Origin: Epithemia pelagica
Lineage: Eukaryota > Protista > Bacillariophyta
DNA length: 64,000 bases
Assembly (NCBI GenBank): GCA_946965045.2
Contig: OX337235.1
Location: 1,984,001-2,048,000 of the forward strand
Direction: 5' to 3'
How positions within the stretch are numbered: position 1 is the stretch's first letter; each line of letters starts with the position of its first letter. Made by a program: the position numbers and the translations under genes. This document shows, one piece after another, positions 10,621 to 22,000 of this stretch. The notes under the pieces are model-generated. The model was not told the origin of the DNA. It made no database searches and was given only the letters and a program-made list of their open reading frames with translations.

Positions 10621-12258
10621 TCAGTGTTGCTTAGACTTTGGTTTGTTCCAAGAAACCGAAGTCAAAAATGCCTTGACAGAAGCTCCCTTTAGTCTCTTTG
10701 CGGATACACTGCTCGATTTCTTGAGCAGTCTTGTTGCCGCTGGTTTCGGGCGGCGTTGGCGACTGCACCATGTGCAATAACCCACCTTCCAAAGGACCAA
10801 CAAGAGCATACCCATGAACACCAGGAGGACCAACACCACCAGTCTTGATCCACCTCTTATACGCATCATACGCATTTCCTCGTCGTCGTCGTCAAACTCG
10901 TCATATCTAAAATTGTTTTGTATCCATGACAGGAGGCCACTTTGTACATGTAGCTTCCATTCATCTTGCCAATCATGCACATGTCGCACAACTGCATGTC
11001 CGTGTTGATGGGCCGAAAAATACAATCGATGAAACTGATTGGGACAAGAAAGTGGTGCACAAACACGGGTCTCCCAAAACTCTGCCAAGGCGGACAAGAG
11101 TAGTAACCATTCTTCCTCACTATCTTGATGTGGTCTCGTCGTCGTTGTTGTCGTTGTCGAATTGGTGGTTGGTAGGACAAAACAGGTCTCAATTAGTTTG
11201 CGACAGCTTCGTTGTGCTTGCTTCATTTTCGATTGCGTACAAGGTTGTTGATGGGCTTGTTTCCACAATTGATTGGCCACAAGTATTCGATCATCGTTCC
11301 GTCGTCCCTCACTTCCTTTACCATAGTACGGCTCCAATGTCAAGGCCGTCTCATGACAGGTTGGTATCAAGAACGGACACCAGTCGGTGGCAGGACAAGT
11401 CCAGTGGTGGTTTAACGATCGGACCGAAGAATTTGAATGAGCAGTGGCGTCTGATTTTTCAATTACGGCTGACGCTGTTCTGTTGAGTTCCTCATCGTGG
11501 TCCAAAGGACTACTATCTCGACGCAAGCCAAATGAGTGTCGTGTCTTCATGTGTTGATCCAGGTAATATTGTGTAGAAAAGATTTTCTGGCATATTGTAC
11601 ACTGGTACATGTGAGGGTTGCACGAATAGCCTTTTGTGGGGAGAGAAAGTAAGAACAGGTTGCTTGAACGATGCGAATGCAGTTGATGACCTTTGGTCCA
11701 TTGACTGCGCAATTTTCTGGCATCCAACTTTTTGGAGTGTTGCATTTCCCAGCCCAGCACGTCATTTTCAGGATGTAACGGACAAGAAGGAACAACTGAT
11801 CTAGAAGGGAGTAACCAAAGTAACAAGTCGACCACTGCCGTTGCATTGTCTTGCTGTGTCAGAAACGACCTGCCCTGAGACAACAATGAGTTTCCTTGTT
11901 TCGAGTATAATGACAGAAAATGCACAAGGAGTTGATGTACTCGGAATCTTGCGGCTCGGCTCAAACGTGGATCGCAATCCTGAATCTTGCTCTCGTCCGT
12001 CGTGTCCAAGGACGAGAAAAGGTCGTCCTGCCCCTGGACGCCAAGTTCCGTAGCCAAGATCTTTGACCAAGAGGAGGTCGATGAACCCTGTTGCTGTTGT
12101 TTCTTTCTCCGCGAAGTGGATCTTTTTGTCGATCCTTCTGGCAATGATTCTGATGCGGACCTAACGGGGATGGTCTCCCAATTGTCGTTCTTCCTGTCGT
12201 TGAACTTCTCTTCAGTCATCGTAATCAATTGTTCTGTATCCTTGCTCCCCATTGTCAT
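10621..12258 (-). CDS. C2H2 zinc-finger protein with Cys-rich region and C-terminal transmembrane helix
   Basis: CTICQKIFSTQYYLDQHMKTRH, further spaced cysteines (CPATDWCPFLIPTC, CRKLIETC, CAPLSC) and hydrophobic LVVLVLLVFMGMLLLVLW near the C-terminus. Confidence 0.7.
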   Translation of the reverse strand: MTMGSKDTEQLITMTEEKFNDRKNDNWETIPVRSASESLPEGSTKRSTSRRKKQQQQGSSTSSWSKILATELGVQGQDDLFSSLDTTDESKIQDCDPRLSRAARFRVHQLLVHFLSLYSKQGNSLLSQGRSFLTQQDNATAVVDLLLWLLPSRSVVPSCPLHPENDVLGWEMQHSKKLDARKLRSQWTKGHQLHSHRSSNLFLLSLPTKGYSCNPHMYQCTICQKIFSTQYYLDQHMKTRHSFGLRRDSSPLDHDEELNRTASAVIEKSDATAHSNSSVRSLNHHWTCPATDWCPFLIPTCHETALTLEPYYGKGSEGRRNDDRILVANQLWKQAHQQPCTQSKMKQAQRSCRKLIETCFVLPTTNSTTTTTTTRPHQDSEEEWLLLLSALAEFWETRVCAPLSCPNQFHRLYFSAHQHGHAVVRHVHDWQDEWKLHVQSGLLSWIQNNFRYDEFDDDDEEMRMMRIRGGSRLVVLVLLVFMGMLLLVLWKVGYCTWCSRQRRPKPAATRLLKKSSSVSAKRLKGASVKAFLTSVSWNKPKSKQH

Positions 12259-13045
12259 TGCGTGTGCTTTAGAGTTGCTCCGTGAATGTCAGTTGTTGGT
12301 TGACGGACATGCAAAAAATGTCTCCCGACTCCCGAAAGCTATGATCCTATGAATGGTCTGTTTCCTAGCTACGGAAAGCTAGCTTTAACACCTCCATCGT
12401 AGCACCATGGCCGTCGGTAAATCTGGAAACGTTACATCCGTGTTACAAGATGAAAAGATCAACTCACAGCGCTGACGAACGGAGTCATTAAGGATACTGA
12501 AAAGTTTCACGGCATCCATCCACAGAGCGGCATGAGCTCGAAACGTGATGAGGCGAGATAACCGCATCTCAAGCGAAAGGAATTGGAGTTCGCGTAGTGT
12601 TTTCAGGAATTATTGTGGGGAAAGTAGGTGTCCTTAAGACAGCAAGGATTCACGCTAGGTGCTTCCCTCAAAATTGAGCAAAGGGCCAATAGTGACAAAT
12701 CAGTGTAGCCTTCCATGAAATTCGCGTGATCTTGGTCTGTGAGCAATATTTTGCTTGCGCAATACTATACCCTGAGAAGTGCATGTCTACGACTTTCGAG
12801 CTTGATCACCATGATTTTCGCGATGAAGATATGGAAGATCCTTGATACTTTTGTGCATATACCCAGAACCGTCCATCCAATACGAGGTTTCAAAAAATGG
12901 AAACAGGTGACTTGTATACGAGACAGATTCCAATGGTGTGCAAGATTTCCCGATCAATCACGTCATCTATACCAATACAAATTGACCAAACCAGAACAAT
13001 GCCGTTGATAAATCTCGAGATTTGACTCATTCCATTCCCATCACA

Positions 13046-15172
13046 TTAAAATGGATCAGGAGCTTCAAGTTCCAATCGTTGTTGAGAGTTGTTCTTGTCC
13101 GTATTGCTCGTCTTGCTCAATGGGAAGGATAAGCGATGAGCATGAAGACACATTTGGGCCGAACGATTTTGTCGGGAACGGCGGTACGTGGGATCCCCCG
13201 CAATCGCATGTCCAAGCAAGGCCATATGAATTCTTAATTGATGACGACGACCGGACCAGGGAATCAATAAAACTTTGGTAGTATCATCGTGTTTGTTGTA
13301 AGCCAGGATACGACATTGCGTTAAACAAGGTCTGAACACTATTTTGTCAATGTCATCATCGCCGTCTCCCTCCTTGTGTTTTGTCTGATTCTTCACTTTT
13401 GTTTGCTTTTTCTTTTCTTCGCGTATGGATCTTTGATGTCTTAATCTCTGGGCTGATGGAGCAAGCAAACAGGAAGGAGGGCTGAGTGGCTTGGTTTCTT
13501 CGGACTGCAGCACAACTTGAAACTGTTTTGGGATTTCCGCGATCGAGGCGCAAACAAAAAAGGTTCGTTTCTCGTCAATGTCTCGCCCCTCCTCAGTATC
13601 CGTCTCTTTAGCTGGACGGATACCAAAAACCAAAGGAAGAGAAGACGACGACGCAGGCGCAATTTGAGATTTCTCCTCCTCTTCGACAGGATATCGCTCG
13701 TGGAGCTCTCTCAAAAACTCGTTGTGCACCGACGCAGCTTGTTGAAAACGAAATGTCTGACCATCCTGTCTCACTTGTTTCCAAGTTAAATCGGAACGAA
13801 AGGCAAATTCCGCAGTTTCCTTTTCTCTTTCATTATCTGTGGAGGGTTCATACAACTGACCCCACACGTGTTGCCACTGATCACTGGATAAACGTCGCTT
13901 CTTCGCATTACCAACTGATCGTTGTTCTTGCTCGTGCTGTTGTTGGTCGTTCTTATTGTTACGTTTTCCCGTTGGTGCGTCTGCATTCCCACCAGCACTT
14001 GTCTTGGTGGTGGCAGTGCTAGATTCTTGCTGGTGTAAAGCACGTTTTCGTTTTTCGTAGGCCATCCATTGTTGAAACAGTGCCGGAGGTGGCAAGTATC
14101 CGGGAAAAGTTTTGCGATTCGTGCGTTGTCGCTGTTTCCGATGCGAAACATCCATGGAGCGAAATGTTTGGTGAACCTGGTCCATGGACTCCAACCACAC
14201 TGTTGAATTGCTGTGGCGATTTTGTTTGGCAAAGTATTGGGAAATGGTCTTTGCCACATCCCCACGCACCACTGCCAGATAGGCCTTTTGTACCGTTCGA
14301 TCTTCCATGGATTGACGAGCTTGATTGGCGGCAGCCTTGGAGCGAGCAACCAACAAGACACCTGATGTGGCATAATCCAATTGATGACAGGGACGCAAGG
14401 CATTGTCTGGATGATCGGAATGCCGTACATACGTAGTTTCAATGAAATGTTGAAATGACAACAAATGACGAGGTTCAATCGGACTGGACCGCCCTGTACT
14501 TTGTGATTTTGAGTTGCAAACTTCCGAAACCACTTCCTCATTCTGCTCATTCGAATGAGCATCGATCTGCGCGGTTTCGTCACCATCATGATTAACGTCG
14601 CCATGCTCTTTCAGATGGCGTTCAAAATCTTGCAAGACAGAGGGAGGCGGAAACCAGTAGGTTAGCAATTTGTGGACAGTTGCCGGGTAGTCTCCATCCA
14701 TGCGCAAGTCGGGTGGCTTGTTGATGGCTAGATAATCCGGCGATTCATAGAGAACACAGTCTTGTCTTGTATACTTTTGCAAGAGATGGGTCAAGGAACA
14801 TTCAGTGGGAGATCCCCAACATGGATTGTCGATATACTCTTGTGATGAAGAATCCTTCGGAGAGGAGGAAGAATCACTCTTGTTGGCCTGAAGGTCTTCT
14901 TTATAGTTGATGCGTTCGGCTGAGTGCTCTGTTCTGACGTGAGCAGGGGAAGAACTCATCATTCTGATTGAGGGTGAAGTGCAGCGGAACTTTGGAAATA
15001 GCCGCAGGTCACGTGAGCAACCGTCTTTACGTTGCAATAGGATTCTCTTCTTGATGTTCAGCGGCTTCTCAAGTCTGGAATGGAGACAGCTGAGAGAGAT
15101 CTTTCTGCTCTTACATCGACTTTTCCATGTCCTGTATACCAACGATGAGCCATGAAAGCGAAATCGTTCCAT
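13046..15172 (-). CDS. RluA-family RNA pseudouridine synthase
   Basis: AINKPPDL, CHQLDYATSGVLLVA (catalytic Asp), GRRHQLRIHMALLGHAIAGDPTY, MCLHAHRLSF, with long low-complexity insertions. First ATG at 15172. Confidence 0.9.
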   Translation of the reverse strand: MERFRFHGSSLVYRTWKSRCKSRKISLSCLHSRLEKPLNIKKRILLQRKDGCSRDLRLFPKFRCTSPSIRMMSSSPAHVRTEHSAERINYKEDLQANKSDSSSSPKDSSSQEYIDNPCWGSPTECSLTHLLQKYTRQDCVLYESPDYLAINKPPDLRMDGDYPATVHKLLTYWFPPPSVLQDFERHLKEHGDVNHDGDETAQIDAHSNEQNEEVVSEVCNSKSQSTGRSSPIEPRHLLSFQHFIETTYVRHSDHPDNALRPCHQLDYATSGVLLVARSKAAANQARQSMEDRTVQKAYLAVVRGDVAKTISQYFAKQNRHSNSTVWLESMDQVHQTFRSMDVSHRKQRQRTNRKTFPGYLPPPALFQQWMAYEKRKRALHQQESSTATTKTSAGGNADAPTGKRNNKNDQQQHEQEQRSVGNAKKRRLSSDQWQHVWGQLYEPSTDNEREKETAEFAFRSDLTWKQVRQDGQTFRFQQAASVHNEFLRELHERYPVEEEEKSQIAPASSSSLPLVFGIRPAKETDTEEGRDIDEKRTFFVCASIAEIPKQFQVVLQSEETKPLSPPSCLLAPSAQRLRHQRSIREEKKKQTKVKNQTKHKEGDGDDDIDKIVFRPCLTQCRILAYNKHDDTTKVLLIPWSGRRHQLRIHMALLGHAIAGDPTYRRSRQNRSAQMCLHAHRLSFPLSKTSNTDKNNSQQRLELEAPDPF

Positions 15173-15902
15173 TGATCGCTGTCTTCTATTTTGCCAATTT
15201 GTAAACACAAGATATCTACGAGCCGAGAGGGCGGCGCACTGCTGGGATGCTGGGTAGGGCCCAACAGCGCTGCTATGTGCTACATACCTCTAGTCCAATG
15301 AGCTATGAGAAGCTATCTATACTACTCCTATCTAGCTACCCTCAGACTCTGTGATTGTGATTGAGGGCCACAAAAATAAGACTGATTCCATCGTCACCAG
15401 GGATATTTGAAAAATCCACTTTTCGAGAAATCAAGCTTGAAAGTTTTGCGCGGTATGCGCGCGATATACCCCTATTGTCATTCACGTGCGCGACTGCAGT
15501 ACCGTTTTTACGTACCTTTTAGCACATCTCACATTAGGGTTTTGAATACTAAAATTTTGCCGCTCATACTTTAGTCCAATATTTCAAAGTGTATATCTTA
15601 ATTTGGCGAGGCATATATTGAACCAATCGAAAGAGCATTCAAAGACGAGTTGATCTATGTAACGAACTCAAATTGGGACCCCTCTGAAATATCCGTGCCC
15701 ACAATGGAATCAGTCTTAAATGTTGTTCGCCTCCTTCTCCTTCCACAATGAAGAATGAAGGCAGATTTGTTGGCAGAGCGAGATCCCTTCCAGTTCCATA
15801 CAATATCCATTTGTCATCGAGGGAAATATCGAGCCGGGCCTGGGCTTGTAGCCAGAGAGAGAAGATTGGTGAAGTCTTACTGTGTGGCTGAGAAAAATCC
15901 GC

Positions 15903-17018
15903 ATGTCGTCACGTGGTCGTCGAAGGCACGAGATGCCATCTTCCGAGGTACCGACCCTTGTTCCTGTTTCGGTCGAGGATGATGATGAAGAAGACGACAA
16001 CCATGAAAACAAATTCGATTCGAGCTCGCTTCGCCACGGCTGCAGTTCTGACAGTAACATGGACAAGAACGTTAATAGCGCTAGCACATGCACTAGGACC
16101 AACTCGACATGCTCGACAGAAAGTGCTTGGAGAACGGCAAGAACTGAGAAACCCGTTTACAAGTACGTTGGTACGAGTGGATGGCTTGTTCATGGGGTAC
16201 GGCTAGTCCTGAAATCCTACACCCAATACATGGCGGTAGCGGGCAATCCCGACAAGGGTTTGAAATTTTTACAATACACCTTGTGGTTTGCCTCCCACAT
16301 CTGTAGAAGTGCTTCTACGGTGCCGTCGAGACGACCGATTGGCACTTTTGCGAACGTATCGCTTTTCTTTTCAAAGCTCTCGTCGCACCTTTCCTTGACC
16401 CGTTGTGGGTTGCGATTGTTGGAATTTCCCGTGGCCCTGGAAGCCTTGGTCCACAATAGTTGGATGGTACAAAGTCGGACTCTTTCGTCGTCACATTTTG
16501 CCGGATGGGACAACATACTCGGTCGTCTCTTGGCAATGAGCATGTGTCTGTACTACCCAATGGAACACATTGCCTTGTTCCATTCCGTAGTAGCCACCAG
16601 GCGCTTGCCAAACTCGGAGAAGCTGCGACCTCCTCAAGAGTGGTGGTCAATGTGGAGTTGTCGGCGATGGCTAGCATTTACAGTCCTCGAACTTTTCCAA
16701 TGCGCATTGCAGTGTCACGAACTACGACAAGAACAAAAACGTGCGCTCTCGATCCAAAGCAACAAGCCGGAGGATGTTTCTCCTTCCTCAGACGTAAACA
16801 TTGACCAGAACCATAAAGCGCAACGACATTTGCAGTTGCAAGTCCTCCGAAATATTTTGTGTACACTTCCCGCTCTTCATCGCTCCTTACCTCACTGTGA
16901 CACAAAGCCATGGCTACCACCCACGTCGGTCCAATTTCTTCTTTGGTTGGAATCGTTAGTTTGCGTCTATCAATCCACTTTTGCTTTCTGCACCACCCAC
17001 AAGAACAAGACAGACTAG
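15903..17018 (+). CDS. PEX11: Peroxisomal biogenesis factor 11-like protein
   Basis: DKGLKFLQY, SLTRCGLRL and YYPMEHIA match the PEX11 pattern (DK..K..QY, R...R, Y...D/E). First ATG at 15903. Confidence 0.55.
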   Translation: MSSRGRRRHEMPSSEVPTLVPVSVEDDDEEDDNHENKFDSSSLRHGCSSDSNMDKNVNSASTCTRTNSTCSTESAWRTARTEKPVYKYVGTSGWLVHGVRLVLKSYTQYMAVAGNPDKGLKFLQYTLWFASHICRSASTVPSRRPIGTFANVSLFFSKLSSHLSLTRCGLRLLEFPVALEALVHNSWMVQSRTLSSSHFAGWDNILGRLLAMSMCLYYPMEHIALFHSVVATRRLPNSEKLRPPQEWWSMWSCRRWLAFTVLELFQCALQCHELRQEQKRALSIQSNKPEDVSPSSDVNIDQNHKAQRHLQLQVLRNILCTLPALHRSLPHCDTKPWLPPTSVQFLLWLESLVCVYQSTFAFCTTHKNKTD

Positions 17019-17335
17019 AGTGTGACTTCTCTGAGATCCACACATTCATGACCATGTAGAGGGGTCGGATGAGGTCGGAGGTTGGTATATGGTAAGGAAG
17101 TGCGACTTGGCAGTCCTTTCTTTGACCTTGAAAAGGCACATGCATATAAGGGGAAGGGAGTAAAGGACACGTCATCAGCCTCTACCACTTTCCTATTAAT
17201 GGGTGATGATCATTGAAAGCCTACGGTAGAAATGACTGTGGCATGAAAGACATGAAAATGAGGGTAAGGAATCAAACTACGGTATACAAACACTGGGCGG
17301 ACGGGTGTTAGCCTTTCGATAATCAACTTCTACTC

Positions 17336-18151
17336 TCAAATCCGCTTGCAACCACGTCTCTCAAATTCCTCTCGCAATTGTTCCGCATTCGCAATGGCGG
17401 CAAAAAAATGAACTTGCCCTGGAAGGGCCTGACCCGCTTCAATCTTGGCAGGATCATTGGCAAACTTCCCTGGTCCCTCATCCCAGAACTCTGGTGGTGT
17501 TTGATCTTCTTTGAAATAGACAGTAATGGGGCCGACCGGTCCATCAATCCATCCCTTGGGGAAGAAATCGTAATTGAAAATTCGGTCCGTGTCCCATCGA
17601 TTGGCTCCCCCCACAAAGACATTGTCAAAACTGTCCAACGAATTCAATTGTCCATTTGGCAAAATTGTCACCAATTCGAAAGATGTTTCATCAAAGACAA
17701 ACCTGAAGCAAAGCGTTTGAATCAAGAAAAATACACCCAGCAGTGTAAATATGGGACCCAACAGCAATACTGGAAGAAAATGGAACAAACCACCCACAGA
17801 TAAGAATAACAGTGCCAAGCGAAAATCGGGCTCGATTACGACCACTTCAGGATATAATGGCTCTTGCTCAAATTGTTCCTCTTCTGGATCTCTGCCGAAG
17901 AAACCAAACGCGTTTAATCTCGTTGTGACGACCGAGTGCCTTGATGCAGAGGGAACCGTCAAGAATTTGGCGGCGTTCAAATTGTTGGATGAGGTAAAAA
18001 TTTGCGGTTGAGGATGATGTGGACCAGCGTCTCGACCATTTCGAACGGCTCTAGTCCCTACGCACGATGGTGATGAGACAAAAGCAAATGCACAAAACTG
18101 TTCTGTCACCAGAGCAATAATGACAACCCTCAAGGTAGTCCAGCCGATCAT
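17336..18151 (-). CDS. DUF3119-family protein, probably plastid-targeted
   Basis: Signal peptide plus ASAFAP-like site (MIGWTTLRVVIIALVTEQFCA-FAFVSS) from the ATG at 18151; two TM helices, RFVFDETSFE, NVFVGGANRW, YFKEDQT, GQVHFF. An upstream in-frame ATG exists at 18211. Confidence 0.75.
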   Translation of the reverse strand: MIGWTTLRVVIIALVTEQFCAFAFVSSPSCVGTRAVRNGRDAGPHHPQPQIFTSSNNLNAAKFLTVPSASRHSVVTTRLNAFGFFGRDPEEEQFEQEPLYPEVVVIEPDFRLALLFLSVGGLFHFLPVLLLGPIFTLLGVFFLIQTLCFRFVFDETSFELVTILPNGQLNSLDSFDNVFVGGANRWDTDRIFNYDFFPKGWIDGPVGPITVYFKEDQTPPEFWDEGPGKFANDPAKIEAGQALPGQVHFFAAIANAEQLREEFERRGCKRI

Positions 18152-18345
18152 CGTTAACTCAAGTATTGACACACCTTCCGACGGATCTTTTGGGAGACAG
18201 AGACCCAACATCAGCGCGACTTTCAGAAATGATAGTGTCGGAATACCCCCAAGCAGGGGTGAGTCCCACGTGATTGAATACGCTGCGCTTGTATTCCCTT
18301 ACTCACCCCCAAGGCGCGTCGGCTGCTCCCAACTTTGACACAAAC

Positions 18346-18847
18346 AGTCGCAGTTTATGTTTTTAGCACCAGTCGCGTTTCCAAATTTGTATTTGTGTTT
18401 TGAAATATTGAATTTGCACGACTGGCAGTTTGTGTTGCATGACCCAATGATATAAGCCTACATGTCGGAATCCGCGCATGCATAACGCGCAGGATGGGCT
18501 TTGGCGCCACAGAACGCCGGGCCACTCGCCGTTTGTGTCTACGACACTCATGTTTTGCTAACTAACCTATGACACAACAAACAACAAATGAGATAACTAT
18601 CGTCCATTTGAATCAAGCTGTGCGTTGCAAGATAGCAGATCAATTCCTGGAAACCAAAGCGAGGAATCAAAATGAGGAACTCAAGATCACTTTGTTTACT
18701 CTATAGCTTTAATCATAATATCGATACAGGAGTTTTTGCAACGCAAAAGACTTCTAGGTTGGTGTGGAGACTTGATCAATCTCCACCCCGACTACGCGGT
18801 ATTACCCTAGCTATTAGTATACCCAGTGTATGCTAGTGACTCTGACA
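18346..18847 (+). repeat. 5' LTR of Copia-1 (AG...CA)
   Basis: Direct repeat of 27000-27501. Confidence 0.95.
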
Positions 18848-19080
18848 GGTTATTACGCCCAAATTACAGCCTAACCCGCTACCGTTTCCTCTGTTTCTAG
18901 CCCAACGACCATCATCGTCGGACTACCCCTTCTCGAGATTTTTGACAGGCCAACAAGCTGTCTACCCCAAGCGACGCTTCGCCATCGACTCTAGGGAGCC
19001 ACTTCTCCTTTGAGCCAATTGAAGAAGAAATCGTCTTCAACAGTTCCAGTTCTCACGGAAACGCCTCGGACACCTCCAGC

Positions 19081-22000
19081 ATGGCAAGTTCTGAAACTAC
19101 ACCCAAGCCCACTTTCAAGCCACCCAAGCCCACAATGGGCGATCTTGTTCAACTCGACGAGTACAAGTGGGCGGCTTGGACCAGCGGAAAGCCTCTCCCC
19201 ACCTGGAAAGGACTCGACCCAACCGCCAAAACCTACCCTGCAACTCCTCACCAACGACGATTCGGCAAAGACATCACCGGATTCGAGACTCGCTGCAGTG
19301 GATTGTCAATTCGTTACAAAAAGGGAGACAACCTCCACGAATTTATGAAGCGTCTCAACGACATCTTCGTACTCCGAGGTCTCGACACCATCTGCTACCT
19401 CGCCGATCCAGCCAACCCAAAAGAGATGCGACACATTGTCAATGAGCACACTCGCTTTAACCTCAAGCTTGTGCAGAAGGCAGCCCCTGTGCACTGCGCC
19501 AACTTTGACCCATATGATTCAGAGAACGACACCGCTGCACGCATGTGTCTCCTCGACTCTGTCGAACTGAAGATTCGCAAGATGTTAGAAACAAAGACGA
19601 ACACAACGGACTCCTTTCTCGTTACCTGGATGACTTTTATTAACCTTCTCCAATCCGACTCGGTTCAGAAATACGATGCTCTATCCGCCAAGATCGCAAG
19701 CCGAACCCCATTCATGTATCCAGGGCAGAACATCTCTGAAATGGCTGCACACATGAAGGCAGATTGTGAGGATCTGTTTGCATCAGGATTTTACAAACAA
19801 ACACTTACCTTGTCCGTTCTCCAAGCCTTTGCACTCGCAAATGGAGATCCCCTGTACAACCTTGGATTGTTGAATCTGTACCCACAAGTTCAGCAACGAA
19901 TTCTCGAGATTCGATACATGACAGAACAAGACCAACAAGATACTCTTGATAAAGAAGGACTCTCTTTTGCCCACATCTGTGACAAAGCCGAAGCTCTGTA
20001 CATGGATGCCATGAACCTCAAGAAATGGCCAGCTTCCACCCACAACAAAGACTCCAAGACACCTCCTGCAGCCTTTGCCAACCTCTCGGAAGTACAAGCC
20101 ATGGCCCTTCGTCAACACATGGGCGACACCCCCTTGTCGAAAGGAGCATGTCTAATTTGTGGCAGTTTCGACCACTGGGCGAAAGATTGTCCCCACAAAA
20201 GTTCCAAGCAAGCTTCCGGACCACGCGCACACTCGCGCGGTGGCAGTCGCGGATCTCTCAACCAGAAACCCAAGGGAAACTCCAATCGCACCTCCAGAAG
20301 CAACAACAAGACAACCACCAAATCAAACTCGGGATCCTCCGTCAACTGGAAGTACCAAGCACCCTCCCAAGGACAGTCCGAAACGAAGACAGTCGAAGGG
20401 AAAACTTGGTACTGGTGCGCCCACTGCGGCCGATGGACCGGCACCCACTCCACGGCACAGCACTCGGATGACTACAAGGGGCACTCCAAGTCCAACAAGA
20501 AAACATCCAACCCTGGCGGAATCACAGCCCCTCAGGCAAACATGATCTCCCTAGATCTTGATGCTGGCGCCTGGGCAGCACGATTTCCCGTCCGAAACCT
20601 CCTCTCAGTCGAAGATTTTGACTCTGTCGCTCCTGATCAAACCCAAGACGACATCGACAGCATGCCATCCATCCCTGACTCGTTCTGGGACACGTTCTCC
20701 GCATCGGGCCCCGAAGATGATGATGATAATGTGTCGATTGTTGTTTCAGAGGGAGAAGAACGTCGAGACACCACACAAAACGAGTCTCTCCTCAACAACA
20801 CCGTTGAAACCACCGACATGTTGTTGGATACGAGACCGGTTGATTGTTGCGACGACGCCAAATCCAACGATGCAAGCGATGAAAGCTCCGCAACCACAGA
20901 ACCGCCTCCACTGATTCCACGCTTTCAAGACAACGAAGAAGAGGATCCAGACTTGGCCTCTCTGTTCAGGAACGTCGATTCCGACCAAACCGACGAATCG
21001 GTCGAACTCCCACCTCTCGTTCCACGACCAATCACACCCTATGGCCTTCATCAAGCTCCGGCAACATTTTGTCCCCTCACATTCATTGACCCCGACGACC
21101 TCTCAATCGCAGAATCATCGGACGAAGAAGAAGACAACGATCCAAACGCCCCAAACCGAGATTTGATGGCTCTTCCACCCAACATCCGACAAGCCTTCAT
21201 CCAAGCTGCAACGGATGAACTACGCCGCGTCATGAACCTGCACCGCATTGTTCATCCACCAGAAGACTCCGACGACGAAGCTACCGAGACAGGTGACACC
21301 GCAAGCACCACCGACAACGATGCAGCCGACGGAGAAAATGACCAAGACGATGAAGAAGATGACGAAGAGGAAGAAGATGAAGACACCGACGACGACGACC
21401 CAAATGGAGACGCCGACGACGAAGCAGATGACAACGATCACGATGATGACAACAACGACGGAGCCTGCCCACCTACGATGGCAAACGAAACAAACAACGA
21501 GAGTGAGACAGATGAAGAACAAGATCCAGCACCCGAACCACCGGACATCGACTTTACCGTAGATCTAAATAAACTGAATCTCACTGCCAAAGTGGCAACC
21601 ATCAACTCACCTTGGAAAGAGTACAACAACTCAAATGTCGGCGAAACTGAACGAACCGACGACACCTGGTATGACTTCTATGAAGCAACATTCACATTCG
21701 ACAAGAATGCAGATCCACAGAACACTGACATCCACACGAAAATTCCGTCAGACTGTCCAGTGAATCACGAACAAGACCAAAAGGAACCGCCCAACTTCCA
21801 TGAACAAGACCAAGCAACACCTGATAGGAAGATGCCGGCGATTCAAGACGATGAAGTATCCTCCATTGAGTGGGAAACGCCTCCCAGTACTAACAGTGCA
21901 CTCTCGCCCAACAGCCTAGATCTGTCGTTCATCACCCCAACACGACTCTTCCACGCGCCGGGCGAGCCCTCAGCCCCCAAGAAACGTCCCTCCTCTCCCA

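Noticed and set aside
18963-18973. TACCCCAAGCG in the Copia-1 leader resembling the AcademH terminus
   Set aside because: Lacks the GGGGTG box; a short chance match.
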